Shown piece after piece: positions 11,053-24,858 of a DNA stretch of 64,000 nt. Position numbers and translations under genes: made by a program. The first letter of the stretch is position 1. Each line of letters begins with the position of its first letter. Under the pieces are notes generated by a model that searched no databases, had not been told where the DNA came from, and was given only the letters and a program-made list of their open reading frames with translations. The stretch is from Dimorphilus gyrociliatus (Eukaryota; Animalia; Annelida), in the NCBI GenBank assembly GCA_904063045.1, contig CAJFCJ010000021.1, positions 806,001 to 870,000 on the forward strand, written 5' to 3'.

Positions 11053-11217
11053 CTGATAAGAAACAACTAATCAAATGTTTCGTTCACAAAACACAATTTA
11101 CTGGAAAATCGATGGATTTATTGATAGAACACGTTTTTATTAGGACATTTCCATTCTCTCTTTCTCTCGTTCACTTACTCTAAATCTTTTCTCTTTATCC
11201 CTCTCGTACGCCGCAGC

Positions 11218-11314
11218 CGGCCAATAGCTGTTTCTTTCTTTATTTTATAGCCTACAAAGTGCCTGCACACTTGAAGAGAACACGGTTGGATAACATAGAA
11301 AACGGTCTTATTGG
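11218..11314. promoter_or_regulatory. Two oppositely oriented CCAAT boxes (ggccaatag at 11219-11227; tattggc near 11309-11315), candidate Caskin proximal promoter
   Basis: Lie in a GC-richer patch 170-260 nt upstream of the Caskin ATG. Motif match only. Confidence 0.3.
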
Positions 11315-14023
11315 CGAGATAAAGGGTCCCAAGAGTCGTTTATTTTACAGTTTATTATGTGTACATTCATTTTTCCTTTCTTTATACAATATATTATAGC
11401 GAAATAAAGGAAAAGAAGATAATAGAATAGAAGGTCTTTGCTTCCTAGTCTTATAGCTAAGAAAACCCCATACGATGTTTTCTTTATACATTTGTTGAAG
11501 AAGAAACAGATTCCCGGAAATTATTTATTTCAGGGTGATAGAGTGCAATTGGCTTACAGCAATATTTAACTTTGTTATATAAACTAAGTTAGTTGTACTT
11601 TAGGTTAAAGGCAAGGTGTAGTTTATATATCGGGTATTAAAAAAACTACAAGAAATTTGAGATGGTATTCAAAGTAGTTTTCGAGTGGATTAATACATAT
11701 AAAGCAAATAAAAAACTTGACTGTTAGAGAGAAGAGAGAAAGAGAATGGAGCAGCTGATCTCTCTTTCTTTTTTTTACCAATATTATCCATTATTAAACG
11801 ATAAGAGAAAAATATTGATAAGAGAATTAGGTTGACAAGGCGAAATTTTAAAAACTTTACGTACATATACACAGGTACGGATCTAGGCAGTTATTTTTTT
11901 TTTTGTTAAGGTAAGGCACGCAAGAACTTAATAATGAAGTAGGAGGAAAAAGAAATACAATGTGTTATCGAACTTTCTGTCCTTCTACTTCTTTTCAAGT
12001 GGACCGTGATTAAAGGTCCTTTTTTCGCGCCCTCTTCTACCCCAGGGGTGCGGTCAGCCTTCAATTTTCTTCTTTCATTGTAAAAGTGTACAAATTACTT
12101 ACACATTCCTCAACTATTCATCTTCTAGTAAATAGCAATTAAAAAGCGCAAGAGAGTAAAGAGAAGCGGAATCAAGTGTGAGAGAACTATTCACGGCGAT
12201 AGAAAAATAGGAGAGAATGAGTAAGATAGAGATAATAATAACATGTGCAACAAAAGGAAAAGTTGACCAAGAGAATATTGCAGCAGGTTATAAGCCGATT
12301 TCTTTAGGATTAACTTTGTTTTTTTTTATTTCTACCTGCTTTTCTTGAAAAGAGATATACGAACCAGAAGAAAACACTTGCAAATCATCTGGAAATATCA
12401 TTTATACGTACTCTCTTCTATTACGTATTACTTTTTTTTCTTTTTTTTTTTGTATATAATAGTTTTTATCTCTCTGCCAGATCGAAACGCCCAATCATCA
12501 ATTGACGACATGTTTTTTATTGTTGATACTTTTTTTTTTTTGCCAAATTTTCCGTTTATGTTTATCAGTGGACAATTATTTGATGCGTCAATATTATACA
12601 GCTTATCAAACGTTGCGATAAGCACATTTTAAGAAGAGAAAGAGAGCGAACGAGAGAGCAATGAGTAAAACTATTTTCGATCGATTGAAAGCTCATTATA
12701 GACGCGTTTTAAAGGGCTATTTTTGACAGCTTTTTACCCATTAATCGGCATCAAAAGGCACCTTGAAAGGTTTTAGAGAGTTTCTAACCTGTTTTATCGC
12801 TTTAATGAAATCCAGCTACGTGTTTTCCCATATATTTTCTTTTAACTCTCTTTTTCTCTCTCCCTCTCTCTCTCTCAATCTTCCTATATCTATCTAACCT
12901 TTTTTATATGGAGCACACAAATATATCTATAGCGTTGATATAAATATATAAAAGTTATCCAACAAGTTTTTTACGCATTAACAGTTTCCTCTTTTCGCGA
13001 AGAATCACTTATACATAATTTATATTTATAATGATAATTCTCTTTTAAAAGATATGCGTGACATTGTTGCTTTACTATTTAATGAATTGAACAAATATAA
13101 CGTACTCTGGTAAAGCAGGTTAATTGAAATTTTATGACATTCGAAACATTTATACCAAGTCAAGAGAGAAGAAGAATGATAAATTTTTAAAAGTATTTTA
13201 ACAAATAGGAACTTTTAACGTTCTAAATTGATTGAATATAAGATTTCTACAAGAATTGAATAAAGCTGATATTTTCAAGGCTCTTGAAATTCGAATACAC
13301 TAATAGTCGATGCCTTTAAAGAGTAAAAAAAAAAGTAAAAAAAATTTTTCTTCTTTCTATTATAACAATATTTTCTTTGAAGAGAGTGAGGAGAGATAGA
13401 CGGACAGACAGACAGACAGAGAGAGAGAGAGAGAGAGAGAGACAGAAAAAGAGAGAAAAAAGCGTAGCGCTCCACAAATTCATGTACATAGACTACGTGT
13501 GAGAGATCACTTATATTGAACATTGTAGTTAGTTAACCGGTTATCATAATGCAGCTATTGTTATATTACAATATCAATTTTAATTATTTATCTTTATATC
13601 TTTAACTAATTAAGCCTGTTTTATGTTTCCATTAGGTATGAATAATTAGATTGTTGCCAGCTAATAAGATAATTATTATCTAATGTTATGTAAACAGTAC
13701 TTTCAGCGGGTTTAATAGTCGTTAGTCATTTCTCGTTGATCTTTAACCGTTCAAACAATGAACAAGTTTTTTTGTTTTGTTATATCATTGAACGGAGGTA
13801 ATAATAGATGAGAGTAGGGTGTTTATAATTTAAAGTTCTAGGATTATTTCCTATAAACCTCCTAGCCTACTTATTTTATTATCTGATAACATCGGTACTT
13901 CGTAATTCAACGCATATGTTCCTTACATAATGCAAATTTCACATGGTATAAATAATATACAAGCTCATAAATCCTACTGAATGTATGAACGCCGCAGCAT
14001 ATATATATCTATCACAAACATAT

Positions 14024-14037
<14 letters not shown>

Positions 14038-14073
<36 letters not shown>
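14038..14073. repeat. (TA)n microsatellite
   Basis: Visible dinucleotide run; ends approximate. Confidence 0.9.
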
Positions 14074-14077
<4 letters not shown>

Positions 14078-14508
14078 CTATATCGCTTTAATCAGTCGGT
14101 GTAAAAAATCTCACGGTGACAACACGACGAGTTCACAGGCTTAGCCGAACGTGTTAAATATTGAATTGTTAATTTATCTTACAATCATACTTTTTCTAAT
14201 TTATAGTATTAGTTATGTATATTTTTTAAAATTACTTACATTATTATCTTGCCGCCAAATTAACGACAGTTTTCGTTACAAAGCGTAAAGTCGGATGTTT
14301 TCATCCTCCTTCTAATCCTTAATAGTGGTCCCGCATGGAATAAGCAAAACAAACTAAACTCCGCATATAATATATCTATATTACAAAAAATTTTGTTTAT
14401 TGTGCGAGATTTAACTTAATAATATACTCAACTTAAAAAAAATGCACAAACTTAAAAATGTTGACTCGAAAAATAAATGCGATACTTCTACCCAATACAC
14501 CTTAACCG

Positions 14509-14530
14509 GCCACGTCCACTTCCGGAAGTG
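14509..14530. promoter_or_regulatory. KDELR proximal element: GCCACGTC (XBP1/CREB3-type) abutting a perfect 14-bp palindromic double ETS site CACTTCCGGAAGTG
   Basis: Directly visible 19-40 nt upstream of the ATG at 14549. Confidence 0.55.
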
Positions 14531-14548
14531 TAACCAACGTTGGCAAAG

Positions 14549-14639
14549 ATGAATATTTTTCGACTAGTAGGTGATTTATCGCATCTTCTTGCGATTATCC
14601 TGCTCCTAATTAAAATATGGAAAACCCGCTCTTGTGCAG
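14549..14639 (+). CDS. KDELR: KDELR exon 1
   Basis: 91 nt; GCA G|gtaagt; 59-nt intron follows. Confidence 0.95.
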
Positions 14640-16728
14640 GTAAGTTGATTATTGATTTTGTCAGGAATCTGATCAATGAAGATAATTCCTTCTTTCAGGT
14701 TTATCAGGAAAAAGTCAAATAATGTTTGCCGTTGTATTCTCAACACGGTATTTGGACTTGTTCACAAACTTTATATCGGCTTACAATACGATTATGAAAA
14801 TAATTTTCATCGCTTCATCTTTCGCTACTATTTTCCTCATGTACTCCAAATTTAAGGCTACCTACGATTCCAATCATGATACACTTAGATTGGAGTTTCT
14901 CATGGTTCCCGTTGCGGGTCTCGCTTTGCTGATTAATCACGACTTTTCTCCTTTAGAAGTAAGTAAAAGAGATAATAATAATAATGAAGATATAGTGTAA
15001 AGCTTGTGAGGATATAAGCGTTGATAGAATCAGCGTTAGGGTTTTATTTATTTGCAATAGAAAATCTTAGTATACACACTATTGTAAATTTACTAAAATC
15101 AAAGCGATTGCAATAATGGTTAATGTTGAAAACAGAAAAAATGCTGTTGATTTCCCAACTAAACGTTTTGACATAACATTAAGATAATGTTAAGAAGAAG
15201 CGTTATTAGCAAATTAAAAAGAGCTAGTAGAAAGATCAGAAGAACGTTAGTAAAAATCGGCTATATTTTATATTTACTATGTATATAATAATGTATAGAA
15301 ATGAAAAAATAAGAAAATTTGTTATTTTTCAAGCAAATGATAGCTTTTAAAACATATCAGAATGTTCTATGCACTGCTAGCATAGGCATAAGTACACGCA
15401 CACACACACACATATTGCATTTAAATATATTTATTAAAAATCAATTATTATTTAGATTTCTTTTTGAGAAAAGTCATAAAAAGATACAGACTTTAAGAAA
15501 TACCGTTTTACTATTATTATAATGTTTCATGATATTAACCACAAATCTCCCCCTCCCCCCTCCCCTGTTAATGTTATATTCATATTAAAACTCAATAAGG
15601 TTTACTAATAATTTTTACTTGTTTAGAGCGATTTTAAACACGTCGTTGTTTTAAGTAGATACTCAAACATCCTATATAAAGACACCAATGTATTCTTTTG
15701 CATATAGAAAAATAAGAGTATCTCTCTACGTAAATAGGTACAATTAGTTTATTTGATAGTGTGTGTATGTCGCAATATTGTTTATTAGTGACCTTGATAT
15801 CTTATTTCTTTTTTTACACTAAAGATTTCTAAAGATACGATAACGCCGAACAAGAAATAAACAAACAATAATAGTCGTAGATTTTCTTCCTAGACCGAGT
15901 TCAAGAAACCGATAACTTATTATTCCCATGTAAATGAAATTTGAGTTATTATTGATAAATAGAATTTTTACACGTCTTTAATTGCGTTAAACAAATAGAA
16001 AAAGAAGAGAAATATGTTTTTTTTTATTTTTTAAAATTACTCTATTGATTTTATATATAAGAAAGACTTTACACGTGTAGACGAAGAAGAATATACAATT
16101 CTATGTATCTCGTTACAGAATTTATCAATAAATTCAAAAGTCTTTTAAAAGAATAAATCAACTCTTACTTATTCTTTTTTATTCTTTTCTCCCTAGATTC
16201 TTTGGACTTTTTCGATTTATCTTGAAGCTCTTGCTATTTTACCGCAATTGTTTATGATTAGTAAAACCGGAGAAGCGGAAACGATTACATCTCATTATTT
16301 GTTCGCCTTGGGTTCATACAGAGCGTTGTACATTTTGAATTGGCTATATCGCTACTACTTTGAAGGGCATTTTGACTACATTGCAATTGTTGCTGGTTGT
16401 GTACAAACTGTTTTGTATTGCGATTTCTTCTATCTTTACATAACTAAAGGTAAGAAAAATATGAAGATTTATCGCATTTTGAGTTTAAGCGGTTGAATTG
16501 ATTCTGGAAACTTTTTAATGAAAAGTCTTGATTCTTTTGAAAAGGAGGAAATTTTATTAATTGCAAGTTCAATCTGTAAATGAATACCTTGCAGCCTTAA
16601 TCAAAAGTTTTCAATATGCTCTAGACAGAATTATTAAATAAAGCTAAGTAAATTTTCGCCATATGCCTGCTTTGCGATATTTGAACAATCATAGATAGGC
16701 AAATAGTGAAAAAATTTACGTTTTATAT

Positions 16729-16768
<40 letters not shown>

Positions 16769-16860
16769 CTTTTCTATTTATTTTTACTGGCATTTAACGC
16801 ACAATCTCTTTCTTTTATTCAACAGTTTGGAAAGGAAAGAAGCTAACTTTACCAGCATAG
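14549..16860 (+). CDS. KDELR: ER lumen protein-retaining receptor (KDEL receptor/ERD2), 212 aa; exons 14549-14639, 14699-14958, 16197-16449, 16826-16860
   Basis: Spliced protein [31 protein letters not shown]|[21 protein letters not shown]...PLE|[36 protein letters not shown]...DFFYLYITK|[11 protein letters not shown] is near-identical to animal KDELR. 639 nt in frame; GT-AG introns. Confidence 0.97.
14699..14958 (+). CDS. KDELR: KDELR exon 2
   Basis: ctttcag|GT TTA ... TTA GAA|gtaagt; 260 nt. Confidence 0.95.
16197..16449 (+). CDS. KDELR: KDELR exon 3
   Basis: ccctag|ATT CTT TGG ... AAA G|gtaaga; 253 nt. Confidence 0.95.
16826..16860 (+). CDS. KDELR: KDELR terminal exon ([11 protein letters not shown])
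   Basis: ttattcaacag|TT TGG AAA GGA AAG AAG CTA ACT TTA CCA GCA TAG; matches the conserved VLKGKKLSLPA tail. AATAAA at 16995 and 17047. Confidence 0.93.
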
Positions 16861-19800
16861 AAATCTTGAAACATAACTGAACATTGTTTTGAATGAAAGG
16901 TTTGTGTGCTTTTCTTTTCTATAAAGCAAATGAGTATGGTCTGTTTAGTACAAAATGATTGTTCATAGTTGTACACATAGGCTTTTTTATTTATCTTATA
17001 TTTTGGTGAAGCTGAATAAATTAAAAAAAAAAATAATAGTTTGTTGAATAAAGCATTCGCTCGTCTCATTTAGACTAACAATTAAAATTTAAAGGTAGAA
17101 TATTATATTAAATATAGAAGTAAAAATAATATTATTCATATTAATATATAAAAATACTTGTTGATATATAGAGTATTTATGTTCATACCATAAACACATA
17201 CGCATATATATACATTTATATTTATTCACTTGTTTATTTATCATGTATATGTGTAATGTGTGTACAAGAAGCATATAATTACCAGTTTGAATTTCCTAGC
17301 TATTTCTAACTTACATAAAGGATGTTATTATTTTGGTTATATTTAAATGAAATAATACAAAAACAACTTAAAAATATAATGAAACGAGTCAGTTTTTAAT
17401 TAGTATTAAACATTCATCAAAAAAAATATTGAATAATATGCTCTTCATAATGGAAGTCAACATATTGTGCCCTAATTGATTATTCTTATTGCAGAATCGA
17501 ACAAAACTAAGCAGTTCTACAATCCAAATGACTTAAAATCATTCTATTTCATAGCCCTCGATAACTTCTGGCAATTCGCAATAGGAATTTAAAAATTTTC
17601 CATATGTTACCTACTTTCTGTTAAAAAAAAATAGCTATTAAAAAATTTTACTTGTGAAGACTATGATAAAGAATTGTCCATAAGCTTGTCTCAGCTGTTT
17701 CATTTGGAATTTATGTTATCGAGATTTCTGTTTAGGAATAAAATTATTTTGGTAACGCTTTTTGTCATTTTAATTGAATTTTTACGTATTTTTCCCGTCA
17801 ATCGTTTAGGTTATAGGTGGGGATAGAGAAATATTTGAAACTTTTCCCACGTCGTCCTACTTTAGCTAATTTAAATGCAAATTTTAAAAAGGATGGTGAA
17901 TAGAAGGTTCATCAGATAAATTTCACAACTGGAATGCTTTCTAAGAATAGAAAATTTTCTCCTTAGATCAATCTGCTTTCTCGTTTAACTAAACTGATCG
18001 AAGGATGAGTTCGGTTGGTGGCGACCTCTTCTGTCATAACGAATAGGAAAGAGTAGCAGAATTTTGTTTTATAATTCGCATTTTTCCGTAGCCCGAATCG
18101 TTGCCAAATGATAAATCTTATTAACAAGGCAAAAGAAAAGAAACTACTTTATTTTCCTCCCCTCCCTCCGCCCCCTCTTTTTTCGGTTTTCTAGTATATA
18201 TTATGTCGTGCGGAATGGCCTCTTATAGAAAATATATAGCGTTGAAAGTTCATCTCGCAATCGAGTAACTATTCAACAGAAACAAACGTATATACAGTAT
18301 ATATATATATATAATAATATATCTATTTATTGATTTATAATTAGTTTAAGAGGAATAAAAGAAAGAAAAAAATTAAAATACCATCAACAAGCTTACGGCA
18401 TCGATCTGTTAGTTGAAGGTGGAAAACAGTTGAAGGAATTTAAAAGGAAATGCATATATATGCAATTAATTATAGACTTGCATCGGGTTTCTTTCTTGTT
18501 CAAATTTTTTTGCCCTTTGTAAGGTAAACTATGCCTTAATGGTGGTCTGTTAGGTTAATTTAATCTTAAAAGATCAATGAAATCAAGGAATAGATGGCAT
18601 GAAAGGTTAATCTTACTATTAACGAACTTTGTCGTCTTGTCCTTTTATAAGAACAGAACTAACAAAAAGGACAATAGTTTACCAGATTACTGACGTTCTT
18701 TAATGTGAAGCGATTATAGATTATGGCAAAAAGGGGAAAGGGGAAGGGAGGGGGAGGCAGCAGAGAGAAAGGGGTGTTTAAATCAATTTTAATATCCAAT
18801 TCTAGTTCCAATTTTTTTATACCTTTTCAATTTTTTGTGAAGGATTACGTAACAGCTATCGTATTGTCTAAAACACAATCCCTATAATACTTGGATGTCG
18901 TCTCTTGTTACTTCGGTCTTGTTAAAAGGAAATGTGATTTTCTTTTCCTTTTCTCCCCAACGCCCATTTTGCCTATTGTACAAAAGAAAAGTCAAAAGTT
19001 TAAAGTAATTAACTATAAAATGAACTTTTCTCTTTATCTTGACTGTGTCTTTTCCTTTTGCCTGTTCATCGTCTCTTCCTTCTTCTTAACAGACATTTAA
19101 AAATATGGAGCAAGTTTTGAGAGTAATTTAATATATATGTATATGCAGTATATATACTGTATTCAGTAAAGATGTTTATTAACATCTTTATTATTGCTGT
19201 CGTCGTTATCGATATTAATAATTTATAAAGAGTTATAGGCTTTCATAATATTTTTCCTGCAGAGAAACAATTTATCATTGGCGGTAAATATTTTTACGTT
19301 TACCTTTTTGCTGTATTATTTATTTCGTGAGATTTACGTTAGACAGATAAGAAATCCTAGATGAGACCGATGAAAGACAACGTCATTTGGTTAAAATTGC
19401 TGAAAGTGTAACATATTTTTAGTTGTTGATGATGGTAATGAGAGTAAGGTTTACCTTATTTCCATTCTAGACTTTTTCAAGTTTTATATTAGGAAGACTA
19501 TGTCGTAAGTAAGTGAATTCAGGAGAAGTAGAAGAAGAAGACGATAGCCTATAATCTACTCTCTCTTTTCTTTTGTCAGAATAAAAACAGAGTCTGAAAG
19601 AGAGAAAACATGAAAATTTCACACAAACTAGAGGTTGATGTTCACTTTTTGTTTCTTTTTTTTTTATTTTTGTACAAACGCAAACGTAGCATTTATTGTC
19701 TTTAGGCTGGCGTGAAGTCGTTTTCGTTCTAATTTCGATTTTTTACAAGAGCATAATTCGCTAGGAAATTGGCAATTTGCAGTTTGATATAAATTTCACT

Positions 19801-21390
19801 AAGTCACATGACTTTGATTTTTCGTAGCGTCTCTTTTTTTTTTTTTTTTTTTTTCCCTTTTTTTTATAGAAAATATAGAAAACAACAAAAAGAAAGGAAG
19901 TAGAAAAAGGAGAAAAGCCTAACTAATGAACAAAGGAAACAGAGTGGAGAGTTAGAGGTCACGAATAGGTAAATTAAACGAAAATGATTGGTACAATTAT
20001 ACAAGTCCATAGTATATATACAATTCAGTAGACGTATATGTTGTATAGTTTATATAGCTATATATATATATATATATATATAGATATATACATCTACGTG
20101 TTTTGTATATACTTAATTTATGAATGAAAGGAATACTAAACACTTTAATTGTTTTGTTTGAAAATTTCTTATGTCTTTTGTATTTCAAAAAACTCTGTTA
20201 TTTTTTGTTTCTTTTTCCATTTCGTCAAAATGTAAAATACAGAAAAAATAAAGAAAACAAATATAATATATAAAAATTAACTAATTAATTAATTAATCGA
20301 TTGGCTAATTAATTAATTAATCAATCAATCAATCATTTCATCACACGATTTTAGAAAATAAAAATATGAAAAGAGAAGAAAAAGAAGATTTGGTATCTTC
20401 TCTTTTTCTTTAAACAGAAGAAGAGAAGAGACATATTTAATATCGAGTATATGGCTAGGTACTGATGGCTTTTTACACAAGAAGGTGGGCGGAGGGGAAG
20501 GAGAGAGGAGGAAAAGAATTACACTCATTTTATTGTTAAAAGACAATATAAAAGGAACATTATATATATAGATAGATATATTAATATTCATATATGAAAT
20601 TGTTTACATTATATTTATTAGTATCATTTTTTTTGTTTATACTTAATATAAATTTTTTTTATCAATTTATTATTTATAAACAAATTTTCAGCATGATGGC
20701 TCCTCACTTGGTAATGTTATTGAAATGTTTTCCATATAAAAATAACGTTACATATAATGGTTGGAAGTGTATAGTTCACAGATAAAATTTATTAGATTTA
20801 TATGCTTTTCCCCTTTCAAGGTGTCGAGTTTTGAAGTCCTTAACAAACTATAATCACAAAATGATATATATGTATATCAGTTTAAAGAAAATATGTTTAA
20901 CTAAAAATATAGAAATATCTTCTTTTTCCTATTTATACACTTATATATAAAATAAACAAAATTGTGATAAATTGCTCTTGTCTGCCTTTTTTTTCATCTT
21001 ATTATTCAATTCTTTTCTCTTGTGAATGCATAACTTTTTTAATAAGAGAAATGAGAAAAAAAAAATGAACGGATGATGGATTGATGGATGGATGGATGGA
21101 TGAATGAACGATAAAGAATTCTTTTTAAAGATCAAGTAAAAATAGCAAAAAAATGAATTTTTTTTTCAAAAGTGATAAATGGAGGGTTAAATCAAGTAAA
21201 ATTTTATCTATGAATACAAAATAATTTACTCCCATCCATAACGCATAAATAATTTACGACAATCCCGTATAATATCACAAAATATAGCAATGCAAGAGAT
21301 GTACAGTATGTATAGAAGAGAGAGAGAGAGAGAGAGAGAAGAATAGAATCTTTTTAAAACAAGCTCTGAGAGGTACTTAGCAAGTTTATC

Positions 21391-21508
21391 TCAACTTTCT
21401 CCGCAGCCAAACAGTAGCCTTTTAAAAGCTCTTCGAAATTCCACATTGAATATTGTATATATTATAGGATTTAAAAAACTATTTATGTATCCAAGCCAAA
21501 CGAAGAAG
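21391..21508 (-). CDS. DRD2: D2-like receptor terminal exon (TM7, helix 8)
   Basis: ttattgcag|[42 protein letters not shown]. Confidence 0.94.
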
Positions 21509-22161
21509 CTGCAATAAAGAGAAACATTTTAATTGGACGCCTAGAATTGGGCCATCTAATGCTCACACTCCCAATACATATTGAATATTTATACATGCAA
21601 ATAAAATATGTGATGTTACTTTCTTTTTTTTTTAAATTTGTCAAAAATTTGATTAATTACTTTCCGGCTATCCTATGCAAATGGAAAAAATCAAATTACC
21701 TGAACAGCATTTCGTCGATATTGCAGGCAGGATGGGAGTGGAATAAATTGTAACGAATACAAATGGCATTCATAATATTTATTGTAAAAAATGGTACCCA
21801 GCAGAATAAGAATACACCTGTAGATGGAAAAGAACAATTTAATTTTTAAATACTAGATTCTATTTATAAGTATGCCATTAGCATCATTGTCAGAAATGTA
21901 CATAGACTAATTCCCATAGCTGATAATTCAATATCTTTCTTAATTGATAAACATAAGAATTGTTGACAAACTAGAGTTGCTTTTGTTTTTTTTTTTACTC
22001 TCTACCCATCCAGAATTTTGTATGTAATTTAACTTTTAAAAACTCTATTTCATTCAAGTAAGCAATAGCCTATAAATATTTTGCATAGTCACTAAGACTA
22101 CAAGTTTATCTGTGAGAAATTTATGGCATGCGCAGACACACACAGATGTATACTGTATATA

Positions 22162-22217
<56 letters not shown>

Positions 22218-24810
22218 GCATAGTTTATATTTATACATTTATTTTCTTAGAAACCCCTTACAGTGACCTACTAGTTAAGCAGACAGGAAAAAGAAACTTT
22301 TTCTCCCTCTAATTAAAACATTATTGATACTAATTAAAGAGATATTGATTTAATTAATTGTTTTCTTTCTCCTCTGCAAAAGAAAAACTTGTAGATATGT
22401 AAAATTGAGATAGGAAAAAATACAGCTGCGCATTTGAACAGGGAATTAATAATATTACAACGTTTTTAAAATATTTCTATTAACACTTTTAATTCATAAA
22501 TGGGACTTTTAGGATTTGAATTTACACCTTTAATAAGATAATTGGCGTACAAACCACTTATCATTTGCTAATGTACATATTATATAGACAAAATAGAATA
22601 AGTCATCGCGTGCGAGAGCTTTTTGCAATTTATAAAAATAGATTATAGTAAATTAGTAAAAAGAATTTTCAAGAGGAAGCTAAAAATATAATAACAAGTC
22701 TCTGGAAGACAGTAAGGACTCGGGAGAAGCTGAAAGCTATGGCTAATTAGTTGGATGCATCCGATGATTATCAAATTAACTGCAGATGAACAACTTCAGG
22801 TAATAATTAAGGAAGGCTGACTCTTTCTCTCCTTTTGTACACGTATTGCTTAATGTCTTCATTTTTTGTTTATTTCGTATATCGTTCCCTGGATTTTTCA
22901 TTATATTTATCTATACAGTATATTTCTCACATCATCAAGCCCATTTCCTTCTAGAACTCTCTCTGTCTCTGTCCCTGTATCTGTCTCTTTTTCCTCTCCT
23001 TCAACCACCCTTCAACATTTTATTCATGTAGAAGAATTCTATTGTATGGTACTGAAATGATGATTTTTCTTTTTCATCATTAACGGCTCTCCCTAGATGA
23101 AATATATACTCTACATATGCTGTATATACACTGTATATATTCAATATAAGGCTATATAATATAAATATATGATGCGATTTAAAATAAATAGAATACTAAT
23201 GTCTATACAAGTCGGATCATTTGTAAGCATTAAATTAAGAAGTCAAATTAATGAAGATAGAAAGAGAAAAGTAGTATAAATTGGTATCACTTTGTGTTTC
23301 TACTATTCTTAGTTTCTCGTTCACTATTAACTCTTTTTCTTTTTCTCTTTCCCTTTTTCCCCATCCTCTCTCTCAATTTCATAAGCATACTATACTTTCC
23401 AAAGAAAATATTCCTGTTTGTTTGTTTAATGTAATTTTAAGATTGATGAGCGATAATAAATAAATAAATAAATCATTTAAATAGCTATAGAATTCAACTA
23501 ATCGTATAGTTGAGAGAAATATTTGATCAGATGTTTTGTATATAATATATGGCGTATAGAGTGATATGTAATTATGTGTACTATTGGTAAATGAAATAAT
23601 TACTTTTATATACTATATATATATATTATGTATATACTGCACATGTCTGATGAAAGAAGTGGAAGCTAGCCGGTACTAAATGAGCATCACGTAGAAGAGT
23701 AGTTATTACATTAAGTATTATATACTATCCTCAGGCTACTAGCGCAAAATAACTATGCATTCAACTGCTCTTTTACAATATAATCCTTATAGTATGTATA
23801 TAATGGACTATGCTTAGAAAGACAGACTTTTCTTTTATAGTAGAATCGTGTTAAGAAAGAAAAGATATCGTACCTAAGACAATGGCTAGAGTTTTAGTTG
23901 CTTTTTTCTCCCGTTTATTTGCTGTTTTATCTTTCTTTCTCTTCTTACTATTACGTAAATGGAAGTTAAATTTAGTAACGCTCTTCCCGTTACTTTCTTC
24001 TCTAATAGGTTCCACATTGCTTTCTACCACCTCAATAATAGCTGGTGCCGAATAACCCCCTGACTTCTTCCTATCGTCCGTTTCTTCGCTGGGAGCCGAT
24101 AAGGTACCGTCAGTATGCGGAACGGCGCCATCTGTCGTTGCATCTGTTCCATCGAACCTTTTAAGAGAGTGTGTCTCGGGTTTATTTTCTATAATTTTAG
24201 GTGTCCTATGATTACGGCGTTGTTTCTGAGCTCGAAGACGTATAACCCGAAATATTCGCCAGTATAGTATTATCATTATTATGCAGCTGTTTGTTAAATA
24301 AAAAACAAAGAATTAGTAAACAATCTGCAACCCATGGAAACCTATATCGTACTTTTGCGGTTGGCAAAGAATGATGTATATATATATATTCATATAGAGA
24401 ATATGTTTTCTCTTAAGGACTAGCCTCCTCAAATCCTTGTATATATATACTAATATATATATATATATATATATTTCTTTTCTGTATGTACTGTAGAGTA
24501 TATATCATTTACTCTAACATATGCTATACAAGTATACCTAAATCTCCTACTTTATCTTACTGCCTTTTCTTTTCTTTTCAGACTTTTTTTTTTATTCGCG
24601 TATGGAAACTATTAACTATCTCTGTATCTTCAATTTAAAGTAAAAGATTAAATATACAGTGAACTATGTAGAAAATTGGGAAATAGAGTATGCATAACGA
24701 ACATAGGCTTAGATTGTAGAAAAATAAATTTAAAAAAAAAGGGCTTAGGTAAGAGCGGAAGGGAATGGAAAGAGAGAGGAGAAATATTGGAGATCGAGCA
24801 AAAGATAGAT

Positions 24811-24858
<48 letters not shown>

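Noticed and set aside
11912-11921. TAAGGCACGC, identical to the first 10 nt of miR-124
   Set aside because: The remainder diverges, there is no hairpin partner, and the complementary site is not in a 3' UTR.
22081-22092. TTGCATAGTCAC, identical to the first 12 nt of miR-153
   Set aside because: The 3' half does not match and no complementary star arm lies upstream.
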